From Candidatus Krumholzibacteriia bacterium (lineage in GTDB: Bacteria > Krumholzibacteriota > Krumholzibacteriia > LZORAL124-64-63): a DNA stretch of 64,000 bases. This document shows, in pieces, positions 1 to 9,999 of the stretch. The stretch's first letter is position 1. Every line of letters starts with the position of its first letter. The DNA lies in contig JAWOID010000071.1 in NCBI GenBank assembly GCA_046484865.1, positions 42,012 to 106,011 of the forward strand. The letters run 5' to 3'. The position numbers and the translations under genes were made by a program. Under the pieces are notes generated by a model. It saw only the letters and a program-made list of their open reading frames with translations. It had not been told where the DNA came from and ran no database searches.

Positions 1-1
1 C

Positions 2-721
2 CTGGTCGGCGGTGCGTATGCCCTGCGCACCTACACCGGGATCGAGCGGGACACCAAGGATTTCGACGTCTTCATCCTGCGCGAGGACGTGGATCGCGCA
101 CTCGCCACCCTCGCATCCTCCGGCATGACCGCCACCATCCCCTTTCCGCACTGGCTGGCGAAGGCGTCGCGCGGCGAGGAATCGCTCGACCTCATCTTCA
201 GCAGCGGCAACGGCGTGGCGGGAGTGGACGAGTCGTGGTTCTCCGAGGCTGCGGTCCACGAGGTGTTCGGACGCCCGGTGAAAGTCTGCCCCATCGAGGA
301 GATCATCTGGTCGAAGGCCTTCATCATGGAACGCGAGCGCTTCGACGGGGCGGACGTCCTGCACCTGCTTCATCACCGCGCCCACGAGATCCGCTGGGAT
401 CACCTGCTCGAGCGCTTCGGCCCGAACTGGCGCGTGCTGCTGGCGCACCTGGTGCTGTTCGGCTTCGCCTATCCCAACGATCGCCAGCGCATTCCCCACG
501 GCGTGGTGGACGGACTGGTCGATCGGCTGCGGCGGCAGGAGGCCCGCCGGCCGCCGACGGGTCGCGTCTGCCGCGGCACCTTGCTCAGCCGCGCGCAGTA
601 CCTGGTGGACATCGTCCGCTGGGGCTACAACGACGCCCGGCTGGCTCCGCACGGCTCGCTCACCGAGGAGGACGTCGAACGCTGGACCGCCCCCCTGGAA
701 GACGGCGAGATCCCCCGCTGA
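2..721 (+). CDS. Nucleotidyltransferase-family protein, 5' end truncated by the window
   Basis: Frame is open from position 2: LVGGAYALRTYTGIERDTKDFDVF carries the GG-x-A...R-x-T-x-D-x-D signature of the Pol-beta nucleotidyltransferase superfamily. Confidence 0.75.
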   Translation: MVGGAYALRTYTGIERDTKDFDVFILREDVDRALATLASSGMTATIPFPHWLAKASRGEESLDLIFSSGNGVAGVDESWFSEAAVHEVFGRPVKVCPIEEIIWSKAFIMERERFDGADVLHLLHHRAHEIRWDHLLERFGPNWRVLLAHLVLFGFAYPNDRQRIPHGVVDGLVDRLRRQEARRPPTGRVCRGTLLSRAQYLVDIVRWGYNDARLAPHGSLTEEDVERWTAPLEDGEIPR

Positions 722-809
722 ACGTCGCGGGACGGCCGGCTTGCCATTCGGCCGTCGCTGCCGGCGCGGGTGTGGGCACGATCGGGGAGAACACGACGAG
801 GCCGCGCGC

Positions 810-3800
810 ATGAGATCCCGACCGCTGCCGTCGACGCCACTCCCGGCGATGCCGCTCGCGGCGATGCTGTTCACGGCGGCGCTGCTCACGGCAGCGCTGC
901 TCGCCGCGGCGATGCCGCCGGCCGCCGCGCAGGCGCAGGGCTTCGGCCGCAACAAGGTCCAGTACGAGCGCTTCGACTTCCAGGTCGTCGAGACCGAACA
1001 CTTCCAGATCTACCACTACCTGGACGACCCCGCGGTGGTGGACGACCACGCGCGCATGGCCGAGCGCTGGTACGCGCGCCTGCGCAGGGTGTTCGGGTCG
1101 GACCTGGAGCCCGGACAGCCGCTCGTCCTCTACGCGAACCACGCCGACTTCCAGCAGACCAACGTGGTCAACGTGCTGCTCAACCAGGGTACAGGCGGGG
1201 TGACCGAGGGCCTCAAGAACCGCATCGTCCTGCCCCTGACTCCTCTTTACGAGGAGAACGACCACGTCATCGGCCACGAACTGGTGCACGCGTTCCAGTT
1301 CACCATCATGAACGAGCTGGGCCGGCGCTACGGAGCCCAGCGGCGTCTGCCGCTGTGGTTCGTGGAGGGCATGGCCGAGTACCTGAGCGTCGGCGGCAGC
1401 GGCGCCCTGACCGCGATGTGGCTGCGCGATGCGGCTCTGCGCGACGAGATCCCCACCATCGAGGACCTCGGCCATCCGCGCTACTTCCCCTACCGCTGGG
1501 GCCACGCCCTCTGGGCCTGGCTCGCCAGCCACTGGGGGGATGAATCCGTGGACCTGCTCATGCGCCGGACCGTGCAACTGGGGTTCGACGCTGCGCTCGA
1601 GCAGGTGCTGGGTCTCACGCTGGACGACGCCGGCGAGCGGTTCCAGGAGGACGTCCGCCGCACGGCCGCCGCCCAGCTCACTGATCGCATCCCGCCGCAG
1701 GAGACCGGCGAGCCGCTCGCGCTGGAAGGTCTCGGCTACAACTTCGCGCCGGCCCTGAGCCCGGACGGCCGCACCATGGCCCTGCTCTCGCAGCAGGAGA
1801 TCCACTCGATCGACCTGTATCTCGTGGACGCCGTCACCGGCGAGGTGCAGGAGAAGCTCGCCGACTCGCGCACCGACGAACACTTCGATGCGTTGCGGTT
1901 CATGAATTCTGCGGGCGCCTGGTCGCCGGACGGCCGCCGGTTCGCCTTCGTCGTCTTCGCCGAGGGAGACAACCGGGTGGCCCTGCTCGACGTGGCGAGC
2001 CGGCAGGTGGAGCGCACCGTGGAACTGGACGGCGTGGACGCCATCACCGATCTGGCCTGGTCGCCGGACGGCACCACCCTTGCCGTGGCCGGCACGGCGC
2101 GCGGGCGCGGCGACCTGTTCCTGTACCGCCTCGACGACGGTTCGCTGGAGCAGCTCACCGACGACGCCCACGGCGAGATCATGCCCGCCTGGTCGCCCGA
2201 CGGTCGCATGCTGGCGTTCGTCACCGACCGGGGCGCCGACACCGACCTGCAGGAGCTGCGTTTCGGTAGCCTCAAGATCGGTCTCCTGGACTTCCGTACC
2301 GGGCGGATCGCCCTGGTGGCGCTGGACGGGCGCACGCGGCACATCAGCCCGCAGTTCTCGCCGGACGGACACAGTTTGTACTTCATCGGCGCGCCCGACG
2401 GGTTCAGCGACGTGTTCCGGTACGATCTCGGCGACAGCACCTTCCACCGGGTCACGCGCGTGGCCACCGGGGTGACCGGGCTGACCGGGAACTCGCCCGC
2501 GCTCTCGGTCGCCCGGGAGACCGGCAGACTGGCGTTCACGGTCTTCCACGACACCGAGTACCTGGTACGCACCTTGCCGGCGGAGGCCGCGCAAGGCGAG
2601 CCGCTGCCGCCCGCCCCCGCCGCGGCCCTGGAGGCGGCCGACGTCGTGCGTCCGGGAGCACGGCTGCCCCCCCTGGACGGCGAGCCCGGTCTGGTGGACG
2701 CCTACCTGTCCGAACCCCTGGAGGGCCTGCCCCGCACGGCGGACTACCCGCAGGAGGAGTACGATCCGGACATCAGCCTCGTCCACGTGGGGCAATCGGG
2801 CGTGGGCGTGTCGGTGGACCGGTTCGGAACCAACCTCGGCGGCGGCGCCACCTTCCTGTTCAGCGACATGCTGGGCAACCGGATCCTGAGCCTCACCGCC
2901 ATGCTCCAGGGCAGCTTCGACAACGCCGGCGCCGAGGCCGTGTACCAGAACCTCGGCGGCCGCTGGAACTGGGGTGTGGCGGCCGGCCACATCCCGTACC
3001 GGTCGGCGTTTCTCTCGGTGCGGCGCGGTACCGAGGAGGTGGACGGCGAGGTGCGGGACACCCTCATCCAGGAGTTGATCATCGAACACACCGCGGTGGA
3101 CCGGGCGGCGGGGGTGGTCGAGTACCCGCTGTCGGTGAACCGGCGCTGGGAACTGGCCGCCGGCTACAGCCGCATCAGCTACCACTACGAGAGCCAGGTG
3201 GTGGAGTATCTCGACGACGTGCTCATCCGGGCGGAGGAGCGCGACCTGCCGGATCCGGCCGGACTGGACCTCTTCGAGTCGTCGCTGGCGTACGTGGGCG
3301 ACTACTCGTTCTTCGGCTTCACCAGCCCCGTCACCGGCAAGCGCTTCCGCCTGGAGGTCTCGCCCACCTTCGGCACGCTCGACTACGCCACGGTGCTGGC
3401 CGACTACCGGCACTACTTCCAGCTGGCGCCGGCGTTGACGCTCGCGATGCGCGGACTGCACTACGGTCGCTATCTGGGCGACGCGGAGGACCGCCGCCTC
3501 TCGAGCCTCTACGTGGGGCAGCCCACGCTGGTGCGCGGCTACGAGCTGGAGGACATCAGGCTGGTGGAGTGCACCGAGGTGGGGCCGGACCGCCGCTGCG
3601 CGGAAGTGGACCGGCTCATCGGCTCGCGCCTCGGCGTGCTGAACCTGGAGCTGCGGGTGCCGGTGCTCGGGACCGAGGCGTATGGTCTGGTGGACTTCCC
3701 CTGGCTGCCCACCGAGCTGGCGCTGTTCCTCGACGGCGGCGTGGCCTGGACGGAGGCCGACGAACCCGTGTTCGAGCTGGTGCGGGAGTCGACCCAGCGG

Positions 3801-3938
3801 GTGCCGGTCTTCAGCGCCGGCGTGGCGGCGCGGATGAACCTCTTCGGGGTCCTGGTCCTGCAGACGTACCTGGCCCTCCCCTTCCAGCGCCCGCACGAGG
3901 ACAGCACGTTCGGATTCGTGCTGGCCCCCGGCTGGTGA
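810..3938 (+). CDS. Secreted fusion of a gluzincin/peptidase MA-like domain, PD40 (TolB-like) beta-propeller and Omp85/BamA-TamA barrel
   Basis: Signal peptide ending AQA; HELVH plus WFVEGMAEY; repeated WSPDG/FSPDG; LVRGY loop motif; alternating beta-strand pattern ending FGFVLAPGW. Start uncertain (810 or 849). Confidence 0.8.
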   Translation: MRSRPLPSTPLPAMPLAAMLFTAALLTAALLAAAMPPAAAQAQGFGRNKVQYERFDFQVVETEHFQIYHYLDDPAVVDDHARMAERWYARLRRVFGSDLEPGQPLVLYANHADFQQTNVVNVLLNQGTGGVTEGLKNRIVLPLTPLYEENDHVIGHELVHAFQFTIMNELGRRYGAQRRLPLWFVEGMAEYLSVGGSGALTAMWLRDAALRDEIPTIEDLGHPRYFPYRWGHALWAWLASHWGDESVDLLMRRTVQLGFDAALEQVLGLTLDDAGERFQEDVRRTAAAQLTDRIPPQETGEPLALEGLGYNFAPALSPDGRTMALLSQQEIHSIDLYLVDAVTGEVQEKLADSRTDEHFDALRFMNSAGAWSPDGRRFAFVVFAEGDNRVALLDVASRQVERTVELDGVDAITDLAWSPDGTTLAVAGTARGRGDLFLYRLDDGSLEQLTDDAHGEIMPAWSPDGRMLAFVTDRGADTDLQELRFGSLKIGLLDFRTGRIALVALDGRTRHISPQFSPDGHSLYFIGAPDGFSDVFRYDLGDSTFHRVTRVATGVTGLTGNSPALSVARETGRLAFTVFHDTEYLVRTLPAEAAQGEPLPPAPAAALEAADVVRPGARLPPLDGEPGLVDAYLSEPLEGLPRTADYPQEEYDPDISLVHVGQSGVGVSVDRFGTNLGGGATFLFSDMLGNRILSLTAMLQGSFDNAGAEAVYQNLGGRWNWGVAAGHIPYRSAFLSVRRGTEEVDGEVRDTLIQELIIEHTAVDRAAGVVEYPLSVNRRWELAAGYSRISYHYESQVVEYLDDVLIRAEERDLPDPAGLDLFESSLAYVGDYSFFGFTSPVTGKRFRLEVSPTFGTLDYATVLADYRHYFQLAPALTLAMRGLHYGRYLGDAEDRRLSSLYVGQPTLVRGYELEDIRLVECTEVGPDRRCAEVDRLIGSRLGVLNLELRVPVLGTEAYGLVDFPWLPTELALFLDGGVAWTEADEPVFELVRESTQRVPVFSAGVAARMNLFGVLVLQTYLALPFQRPHEDSTFGFVLAPGW
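830..930 (+). repeat. Degenerate 15-bp tandem repeats in the signal-peptide coding region
   Basis: Encodes PLPST-PLPAM-PLAAM-LFTAA-LLTAA-LLAAA with 5-codon periodicity. Confidence 0.55.
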
Positions 3939-4083
3939 GCGGGTCGACCCGGACGGACCCCCGCCGGACGGCCCCGGGGCGACGGCGCAGCCAATCGGGC
4001 CTGCCCCGATGGGCGGTCGCCCGGCCCCCGACTGCGTTGTGGATGGTGCGCGCATTCCGGATCGTTGCGGAAGGAGACAGAGC

Positions 4084-4512
4084 ATGTGGTTCGCCGATCT
4101 GGTCGCCGTCTTCCTCGTCGCGCTCATCTTCACCGCCATCCTGGCGGCGGTCGTGGGGTGGAGACATCCGGCCCGCGCCGATGACGACGCCGGTGTGGCG
4201 GGCGCCGCCATCTTCCTCTTCGTGATCCTCTTCTTCGCCGTCTGGGCCGGCGGAGCGTGGATCGGTCCGTTCGGACCGGTGCTCTGGACGGGCTACTGGC
4301 TGCCCTTCCTGCTGGTGGGATTCGTGGTGGCCGCCCTGTTCGCCGCGGCTGCCGGTCCGCGGCGCCCGCGTAGCCGCGCCGAGGCCGCGGCCGAGGCCCG
4401 CGCGGAAGCGCGCCAGGCCGAGGCGGAACGGCGGGCGGCGCCCATCTTCGGCGCCTTCTTCTGGATCCTCGTGCTGCTGCTGTTGCTGGCTGTGATCGCA
4501 GCTTACGTGTGA
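4084..4512 (+). CDS. Hypothetical integral membrane protein (about 4 TM segments)
   Basis: AAGGAG RBS before ATG 4084; four hydrophobic segments. Confidence 0.75.
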   Translation: MWFADLVAVFLVALIFTAILAAVVGWRHPARADDDAGVAGAAIFLFVILFFAVWAGGAWIGPFGPVLWTGYWLPFLLVGFVVAALFAAAAGPRRPRSRAEAAAEARAEARQAEAERRAAPIFGAFFWILVLLLLLAVIAAYV

Positions 4513-4540
4513 CGCGGCTTGTGACGCCTGCGTGTGACGC
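4508..4540. repeat. Three direct repeats of TGTGACGC between convergent genes
   Basis: TGTGACGC at 4508, 4520 and 4533. Confidence 0.7.
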
Positions 4541-4545
4541 CTCCG

Positions 4546-5013
4546 CTATCCGCGCCCGCGACGGTACCGCCCCATGAGATCGGCCTCATCGAGGACATGG
4601 GAGGCGAGTGCCTCTTGCACCTCGACCCGGGTCGAGCCTTCGGGCAGTTCCAGCGTGGCCACGTCCAGGGCGTGGAGCCGGAAGACGTAGCGATGGCCGC
4701 CGTCGCCGGCAGGCGGGCACGGCCCGCGGTAGCTGGTGGTCTGGAAGTCGTTGCGGCCGGTCACGCCCACGCCGGCGACGCCCCTCGCCAGCTGGCGGGT
4801 GTCGGCGGGAATGTCGAACAGCACCCAGTGGGTGAAGATCTCGGACGAGGCGTCCAGGTCCTCCACCACGACGACGAAGCTGCGGGTCTCTTCGGCGACG
4901 TGCTCCCACGAGAGCGGCGGGGAGACGTTCGAGCCGTCGCAGGTATGGGTGCTCGGGATGTCGGCGCCATGCCGGAAGGCCGAGCTGACGAGGCGGAAGT
5001 TCTGCCGGGCCAT
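4546..5013 (-). CDS. YbhB/YbcL (PEBP, Raf-kinase-inhibitor-like) protein
   Basis: SPPLSW, EDLDA, FTHWVLFDIP, YRGPCPP and HRYVFRLHALD motifs; AGGAG RBS. Confidence 0.92.
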   Translation of the reverse strand: MARQNFRLVSSAFRHGADIPSTHTCDGSNVSPPLSWEHVAEETRSFVVVVEDLDASSEIFTHWVLFDIPADTRQLARGVAGVGVTGRNDFQTTSYRGPCPPAGDGGHRYVFRLHALDVATLELPEGSTRVEVQEALASHVLDEADLMGRYRRGRG

Positions 5014-5055
5014 GAGTTCTCCTTTCGAGACGGCTGGCCGTCGGTGCGCTGCGGT

Positions 5056-5556
5056 TCAGCCGGAGAGCGACTGATCGGCATGGGGAGCGTCGGTGAAACC
5101 GAACACGCCGTCGGGGCGCAGAAGCAGGACGCGCCGGACCTGCGGCACAGGCGGCGACCAGGCGACCGGCGAGGAGGTGGGCGGCGGCTCCGCCGCGGGC
5201 CGGTCCGGATCCGCCGGCCCCGTCGCATCCGGCTCCCTCGCGGTGACGGGCCGCTCGCCCGGCACCCAGCCGTCGAGCATGGCGTCCTCGCTGACGCTCT
5301 CCACCGTACCGACGATCTGGTATCCGTGCGAACCGTCCGGCGGCCGGACCACGAGGGTCAGGCGCGGATTGGACGCGAGATTGTCCATCGTCGTGGCGCA
5401 GAACCAGGCGGTGACCTCGAGCCGGTCGGCACCGCTTCGCGCCAGGCTCGCCGCCGTGGCCACGTGCGGCGTGCCGTCCCGACCGGTGGTGGCGATGATC
5501 AGAGGTCCCTTGCGGCGCGCGATCGCCACGGCGTCCTCCAGGTGGCGGATATCCAT
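5056..5556 (-). CDS. Pyridoxamine 5'-phosphate oxidase-like FMN-binding split-barrel protein
   Basis: IATTGRDGTPHV, TMDNLASNPRL and GYQIVG motifs; only the last 166 codons of ORF 5056..6969 look coding; starts 2 nt after the upstream stop. Confidence 0.7.
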   Translation of the reverse strand: MDIRHLEDAVAIARRKGPLIIATTGRDGTPHVATAASLARSGADRLEVTAWFCATTMDNLASNPRLTLVVRPPDGSHGYQIVGTVESVSEDAMLDGWVPGERPVTAREPDATGPADPDRPAAEPPPTSSPVAWSPPVPQVRRVLLLRPDGVFGFTDAPHADQSLSG

Positions 5557-5558
5557 CG

Positions 5559-7610
5559 TCACACTCCGAAAGGATAGGTGTCGGGAACGCCGGCGAGATC
5601 GACCGTCGCCAGCGGGCGCACGGCCTCGGTCTCGGCCACGAAGATCCACTCGTCGAACTGCTCGGGCAGTACGGCCTGGAAGTAGTGGCTCGCCAGCTCG
5701 GATTCGGGGCGGTAGATGACACCGATGGCGCGCTCCAGACGCGGGTCGGACAGCGCACGGCGTACCTCGTCGGCCGCCGCGCCGCCCCTCAGGGGCAGCG
5801 CGAAGCGCTCGGCGCCGCTGTCGCGGCAGGCCGCCTCGTAGCTGTCGGGCAGAGCCGGACGCACACGCTTGATCTCCATCGGGCCGCCCCAGTCGGTGGC
5901 CGCGGCCACCGTGCCGCGATCGGTCCCGAACCCGACGAGGTAGGCGCCGTCCCCGTACTCGTCGCGGCAGAGCTGACCCACGTTGTGCTCTCCTCGCGCC
6001 CCCATCTCGGTGGCGCGGGCGTTGCCCACGTGGCTGTTGTGCTCCCAGACCACCGCGCGCGAACCGGCGCCGTGGAAGGACCGCAGCGCCTGCAGGGTCT
6101 CGAACATGTGGCTGTCGCGCAGATTCCACGACTCTCGCGAGCCGTAGTACATCACCCGGTAGTAACGCTCCGCGTTGCTCACCAGGCGCGCGTTCTGCAT
6201 CGCATCGAGATAGCGGTGGCCGTCCTGCCCGATGTAGCGCAGGCGGTTCTCCAGCAGGTCGCCGAGGGTGGCCAGGACCTTCTGCTCGCATTCCCGGTAG
6301 CCCTTCGTGAGGGCCGCCCTCCCGTAAGCCGCGGGATCGCGCTCCCAGGGCTCGAGGCACTCGTAGCGGCGACGCGCCACCGACGCAGCCTCCGGGTCCA
6401 CCTCGTCCAGATACCGCAGGACGGCGTCCATGGAGGTGTAGAGGCTGTACAGATCCAGGCCGTGGAATCCCACGCGCTCGGCCGGGGACAGCCCGGCGTT
6501 GTGGTGGCGCAGCCAGTCGACGAATTCGCGCACCTCCTGGTTGCGCCACATCCAGGTGGGAAACCGCGCGAAGGCCTGCCAGTCGGCCGGCGGCGACGCG
6601 AGGTCGCGGACCCAGTGGTCGATGCGCGCCGCGTCCGGCCAGTCCGCCTCCACCGCCACCATGCCGAAGCCGGCGCGCTCGACGAGGGCTCGCGTGAGCC
6701 GGGCCCGCAGGCGATAGAACTCCGACGTGCCGTGGGTGGCTTCGCCCAGCAGCACCACCCGCGCGTCTGCCACGCGCTCGAGGAACGCGTCCGTGTCCAG
6801 GTCGAGTCCGGTGAACGTCTGGGCGTGGCGGCCGATCACCTCGGGAGCACCGGCGGCGGGCCCGATCGCGGCCGGCGGCGCCATCCCGGGTTCCTGCGCC
6901 CGGGGAGCGGCCGCGGATCCGTGCGGGGCCGCCGGTCGGCCCACGTCCGCACTGCCGGCGTCGCTCCACCCCTCGGCGCCGATGAGAGGCACGAAGCGCA
7001 CCGGAGCGAGCGTGCTCTCCTCGTAGCGCTCGACGCTCACCCGCGTCACCCTCACCAGCTGCTGCTCGTAGGCGTTGGGCCCCACCGGGATCACCAGCCG
7101 CCCGCCCACCGCGAGCTGTTCGCGCAGGCTGGCCGGGATCCGCGGGCCCGCGGCCGCCACCGTGATGGCGTCGAAGGGAGCCCGCTCCGGAAAGCCGCGG
7201 GTGCCGTCGCCGTGAACGATGCTCACGTTGTCGTAGCCGAGGTCGGTGAGCCGCCGCCGGGCGGCGTCGGCCAGCTCGGCGTGCCGCTCCACGGCCACGA
7301 CCTCGGCCACCATGCGACTCATCACCGCCGCCGCGTAGCCGGAACCGGCGCCGATCTCCAGCACCCGGTCTTCCGGTTCGAGATCGAGCGCGTCGATCAT
7401 CGCGGCCACGATGTACGGCTGGGAGATGGTCTGGTCGCTCCCGATGGGCAGCGGACCGTCTTCGTAAGCGTAGTCTCTCAGTTCGGGCGGAACGAACGCC
7501 TCCCGCGGGACCGTGCGCATGGCCTCCAGCAAGCGGGCGTCACGAATACCCCGGCCGGCGATCTGGTGCTCGACCATGCGGCGGCGCTGTGTTGCCGGAT
7601 CGCGGTTCAT
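5559..7610 (-). CDS. pcm: Protein-L-isoaspartate O-methyltransferase fused to an erythromycin-esterase-family domain
   Basis: N-terminal QTISQPY, VLEIGAGSGY, APFDAI and VRFVPL (PCM); C-terminal LGEATHG, FPTWMW, WEHNSH and ERAIGVIY (EreA-like). Confidence 0.9.
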   Translation of the reverse strand: MNRDPATQRRRMVEHQIAGRGIRDARLLEAMRTVPREAFVPPELRDYAYEDGPLPIGSDQTISQPYIVAAMIDALDLEPEDRVLEIGAGSGYAAAVMSRMVAEVVAVERHAELADAARRRLTDLGYDNVSIVHGDGTRGFPERAPFDAITVAAAGPRIPASLREQLAVGGRLVIPVGPNAYEQQLVRVTRVSVERYEESTLAPVRFVPLIGAEGWSDAGSADVGRPAAPHGSAAAPRAQEPGMAPPAAIGPAAGAPEVIGRHAQTFTGLDLDTDAFLERVADARVVLLGEATHGTSEFYRLRARLTRALVERAGFGMVAVEADWPDAARIDHWVRDLASPPADWQAFARFPTWMWRNQEVREFVDWLRHHNAGLSPAERVGFHGLDLYSLYTSMDAVLRYLDEVDPEAASVARRRYECLEPWERDPAAYGRAALTKGYRECEQKVLATLGDLLENRLRYIGQDGHRYLDAMQNARLVSNAERYYRVMYYGSRESWNLRDSHMFETLQALRSFHGAGSRAVVWEHNSHVGNARATEMGARGEHNVGQLCRDEYGDGAYLVGFGTDRGTVAAATDWGGPMEIKRVRPALPDSYEAACRDSGAERFALPLRGGAAADEVRRALSDPRLERAIGVIYRPESELASHYFQAVLPEQFDEWIFVAETEAVRPLATVDLAGVPDTYPFGV

Positions 7611-7794
7611 GCCTCTCCCTCCCGGAGCGGTATCGGCCCCGGGAGGCAAGTTAGAGGCGAAGCGGCCGCGGCCGCCAACGGCATGCGACCGCGCTCGCGC
7701 GGAGGTGGGAGGATCCCGGATTCTCGCCCCGGCGGGCCCCGGCGGACGATCGGCAGCGGCCCGGAACTCGCTGCGGGCTGCCCGAATCGCCCGC

Positions 7795-7828
7795 CTAGCC
7801 CGGATGATTCATGAATCATCCGGGCTAG
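7795..7828. repeat. Perfect 34-bp palindrome bounded by CTAG
   Basis: CTAGCCCGGATGATTCA|TGAATCATCCGGGCTAG with no loop; the right-hand CTAG supplies the stop codon of the mutase large subunit. Confidence 0.95.
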
Positions 7829-9999
7829 TCGCCGAAGCCGAGCCGGCGGTTCAACTCCATGATCAGCTCCCGGGCCGCGTCCGGAATCACCGTGCCGGGC
7901 CCGAAGATCGCCGCGGCGCCGTGCTCGCGCAGCTGGGCGTAATCCTGCGCCGGGATGACGCCGCCGCAGATGACGAGGATATCGTCCCGCCCGAGGCGGC
8001 GCAGCTCGGCCACGAGTTGCGGCAGCAGCGTCTTGTGCCCCCCGGCGAGGGAGGAGATCCCCACCACGTGGACGTCGTTCTCCACCGCCTGGCGCGCGGT
8101 CTCCTCGGGGGTCTGGAAGAGCGGCCCCACGTCCACGTCGAAGCCCAGGTCGGCGAGCGCCGTGGCCACCACCTTGGCGCCGCGGTCGTGTCCATCCTGG
8201 CCCATCTTCGCCACCAGGATACGCGGCCGGCGCCCCTCCCGCCGGGCGAAGCGGTCGATCAGCATGCGCACGTCGTCGATGTTCGCGTCCTTTCCGAAGG
8301 CTGCGCCGTAAACGCCTGATATCGTGCGGATTTCAGCCTTGTGGCGCCCGACGACCTTCTCCATGGCCCCGCTGATCTCGCCCAGCGTGGCGCGCGCCCG
8401 GGCGGCCTCCACCGAGAGGGCCAGCAGGTTCCCCGCCCCGGTCTCGGCACAGCGGCCGAGCGCCTCCAGGGACGACTCCACCCTGGCCGGATCACGCTCT
8501 CGCCGGAGCCGCTCGAGCCGCTCGAGCTGCTGCCGGCGCACCTCGGTGTTGTCCACCTCGAGGATCTCGATGGGATCCTCGTGCTCCAGCCGGTAGCGGT
8601 TCAAGCCGACGATGATCTCCTGCCCCGAATCGATGCGAGCCTGACGCCGCGCCGCCGCCTCCTCGATGCGCAGCTTGGGCAGGCCGGTCTCGATGGCGCG
8701 GGCCATGCCCCCGTGCTCCTCCACCTCGCGGATGTGCCCCCAGGCACGGTGCATCAACTCGTGGGTGAGCCGCTCCAGGTAGTAGCTGCCGCCCCACGGA
8801 TCCACCACGCGGGTGATCCCGGTCTCGTCCGCCAGGTAGAGCTGGGTGTTGCGGGCGATCCGCGCCGAGAAGTCCGTGGGCAGGGCGATGGCCTCGTCCA
8901 GCGCGTTCGTGTGCAGCGACTGCGTGTGTCCGAGCACTGCGGCCATGGCCTCGATGCACGTGCGCACCACGTTGTTGAACGGATCCTGCTCCGACAGCGA
9001 CCAGCCGCTGGTCTGGGAGTGGGTGCGCAGGGCCAGCGACCGGCGATCGGCGGGAGCGAAGTCCTTCATCAATTTCGCCCACAGTAGCCGGCCCGCCCGC
9101 AGCTTGGCCATCTCCATGAAATAGTTCATCCCCTCGGCCCAGAAGAACGAGAGGCGCGGCGCGAAGCGGTCGACCGGCAGTCCGGCGCTCAGACCCGTGC
9201 GGACGTACTCCACGCCGTCGGCGAGGGTGTAGGCCAGCTCCAGGTCGGCCGTGGCGCCCGCCTCCTGCATGTGGTAGCCGCTGATGGAGATGGAGTTGAA
9301 GCGCGGCAGGTTCTGCGCCGTGTAGGCGAAGATGTCGCCGATGATCCGCATCGAGAAGCCGGGCGGGTAGATGTACGTGTTGCGGACCATGTACTCCTTG
9401 AGGATGTCGTTCTGGATCGTCCCGCTGAGCCGGTCCAGACGCGCACCCTGCTCCTCGGCGGCCACGATGTAGAACGCCATCACCGGCAGGACGGCGCCGT
9501 TCATCGTCATGGAGACCGAGATCTCGTCGAGAGGAATGCCGCGGAAGAGGACCTCCATGTCGAGGATGGAGTCGATCGCCACGCCGGCCTTGCCCACGTC
9601 TCCGATCACGCGCGGATGATCGCTGTCGTAACCGCGATGGGTGGCCAGGTCGAAGGCCACCGACAGCCCCTTCTGCCCGGCCGCGAGATTGCGCCGGTAG
9701 AAGGCGTTGCTCTCCTCGGCGGTGGAGAAGCCGGCGTACTGCCGCACGGTCCACGGGCGGGTGACGTACATCGAGGCGTACGGGCCGCGCAGGTAGGGCG
9801 GGAACCCGGCGAGATGGTCCAGATGCTCGAGACCGGCCATGTCCTGCGGGCCGTACAGCGGCTTCACCGGGATCTGTTCGCCGGTGATCCAGGGCTCGTG
9901 CCGGCCGGCGGCGGCGATGCATGCCTGCCGCGATTCGCGGTCGCCGGCGGCGAGATCCGGATCGAGGGCGACGCGCGTGAAGTCGGGGATCCGGGTCAT
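7825..9999 (-). CDS. mutB: Methylmalonyl-CoA mutase, large catalytic B12-binding subunit
   Basis: RQYAGF (Tyr specificity residue), [14 protein letters not shown] and the cobalamin-binding DGHDRG motif. Confidence 0.97.
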   Translation of the reverse strand: MTRIPDFTRVALDPDLAAGDRESRQACIAAAGRHEPWITGEQIPVKPLYGPQDMAGLEHLDHLAGFPPYLRGPYASMYVTRPWTVRQYAGFSTAEESNAFYRRNLAAGQKGLSVAFDLATHRGYDSDHPRVIGDVGKAGVAIDSILDMEVLFRGIPLDEISVSMTMNGAVLPVMAFYIVAAEEQGARLDRLSGTIQNDILKEYMVRNTYIYPPGFSMRIIGDIFAYTAQNLPRFNSISISGYHMQEAGATADLELAYTLADGVEYVRTGLSAGLPVDRFAPRLSFFWAEGMNYFMEMAKLRAGRLLWAKLMKDFAPADRRSLALRTHSQTSGWSLSEQDPFNNVVRTCIEAMAAVLGHTQSLHTNALDEAIALPTDFSARIARNTQLYLADETGITRVVDPWGGSYYLERLTHELMHRAWGHIREVEEHGGMARAIETGLPKLRIEEAAARRQARIDSGQEIIVGLNRYRLEHEDPIEILEVDNTEVRRQQLERLERLRRERDPARVESSLEALGRCAETGAGNLLALSVEAARARATLGEISGAMEKVVGRHKAEIRTISGVYGAAFGKDANIDDVRMLIDRFARREGRRPRILVAKMGQDGHDRGAKVVATALADLGFDVDVGPLFQTPEETARQAVENDVHVVGISSLAGGHKTLLPQLVAELRRLGRDDILVICGGVIPAQDYAQLREHGAAAIFGPGTVIPDAARELIMELNRRLGFGD

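Noticed and set aside
660..4211. 1183-aa minus-strand ORF
   Set aside because: Antisense shadow of the peptidase/PD40/Omp85 gene; stop-poor because of high GC and has no family motifs.
5056..6969. 637-aa ORF overlapping the PCM-esterase gene
   Set aside because: Only the last 166 codons resemble a protein family; the rest is off-frame.
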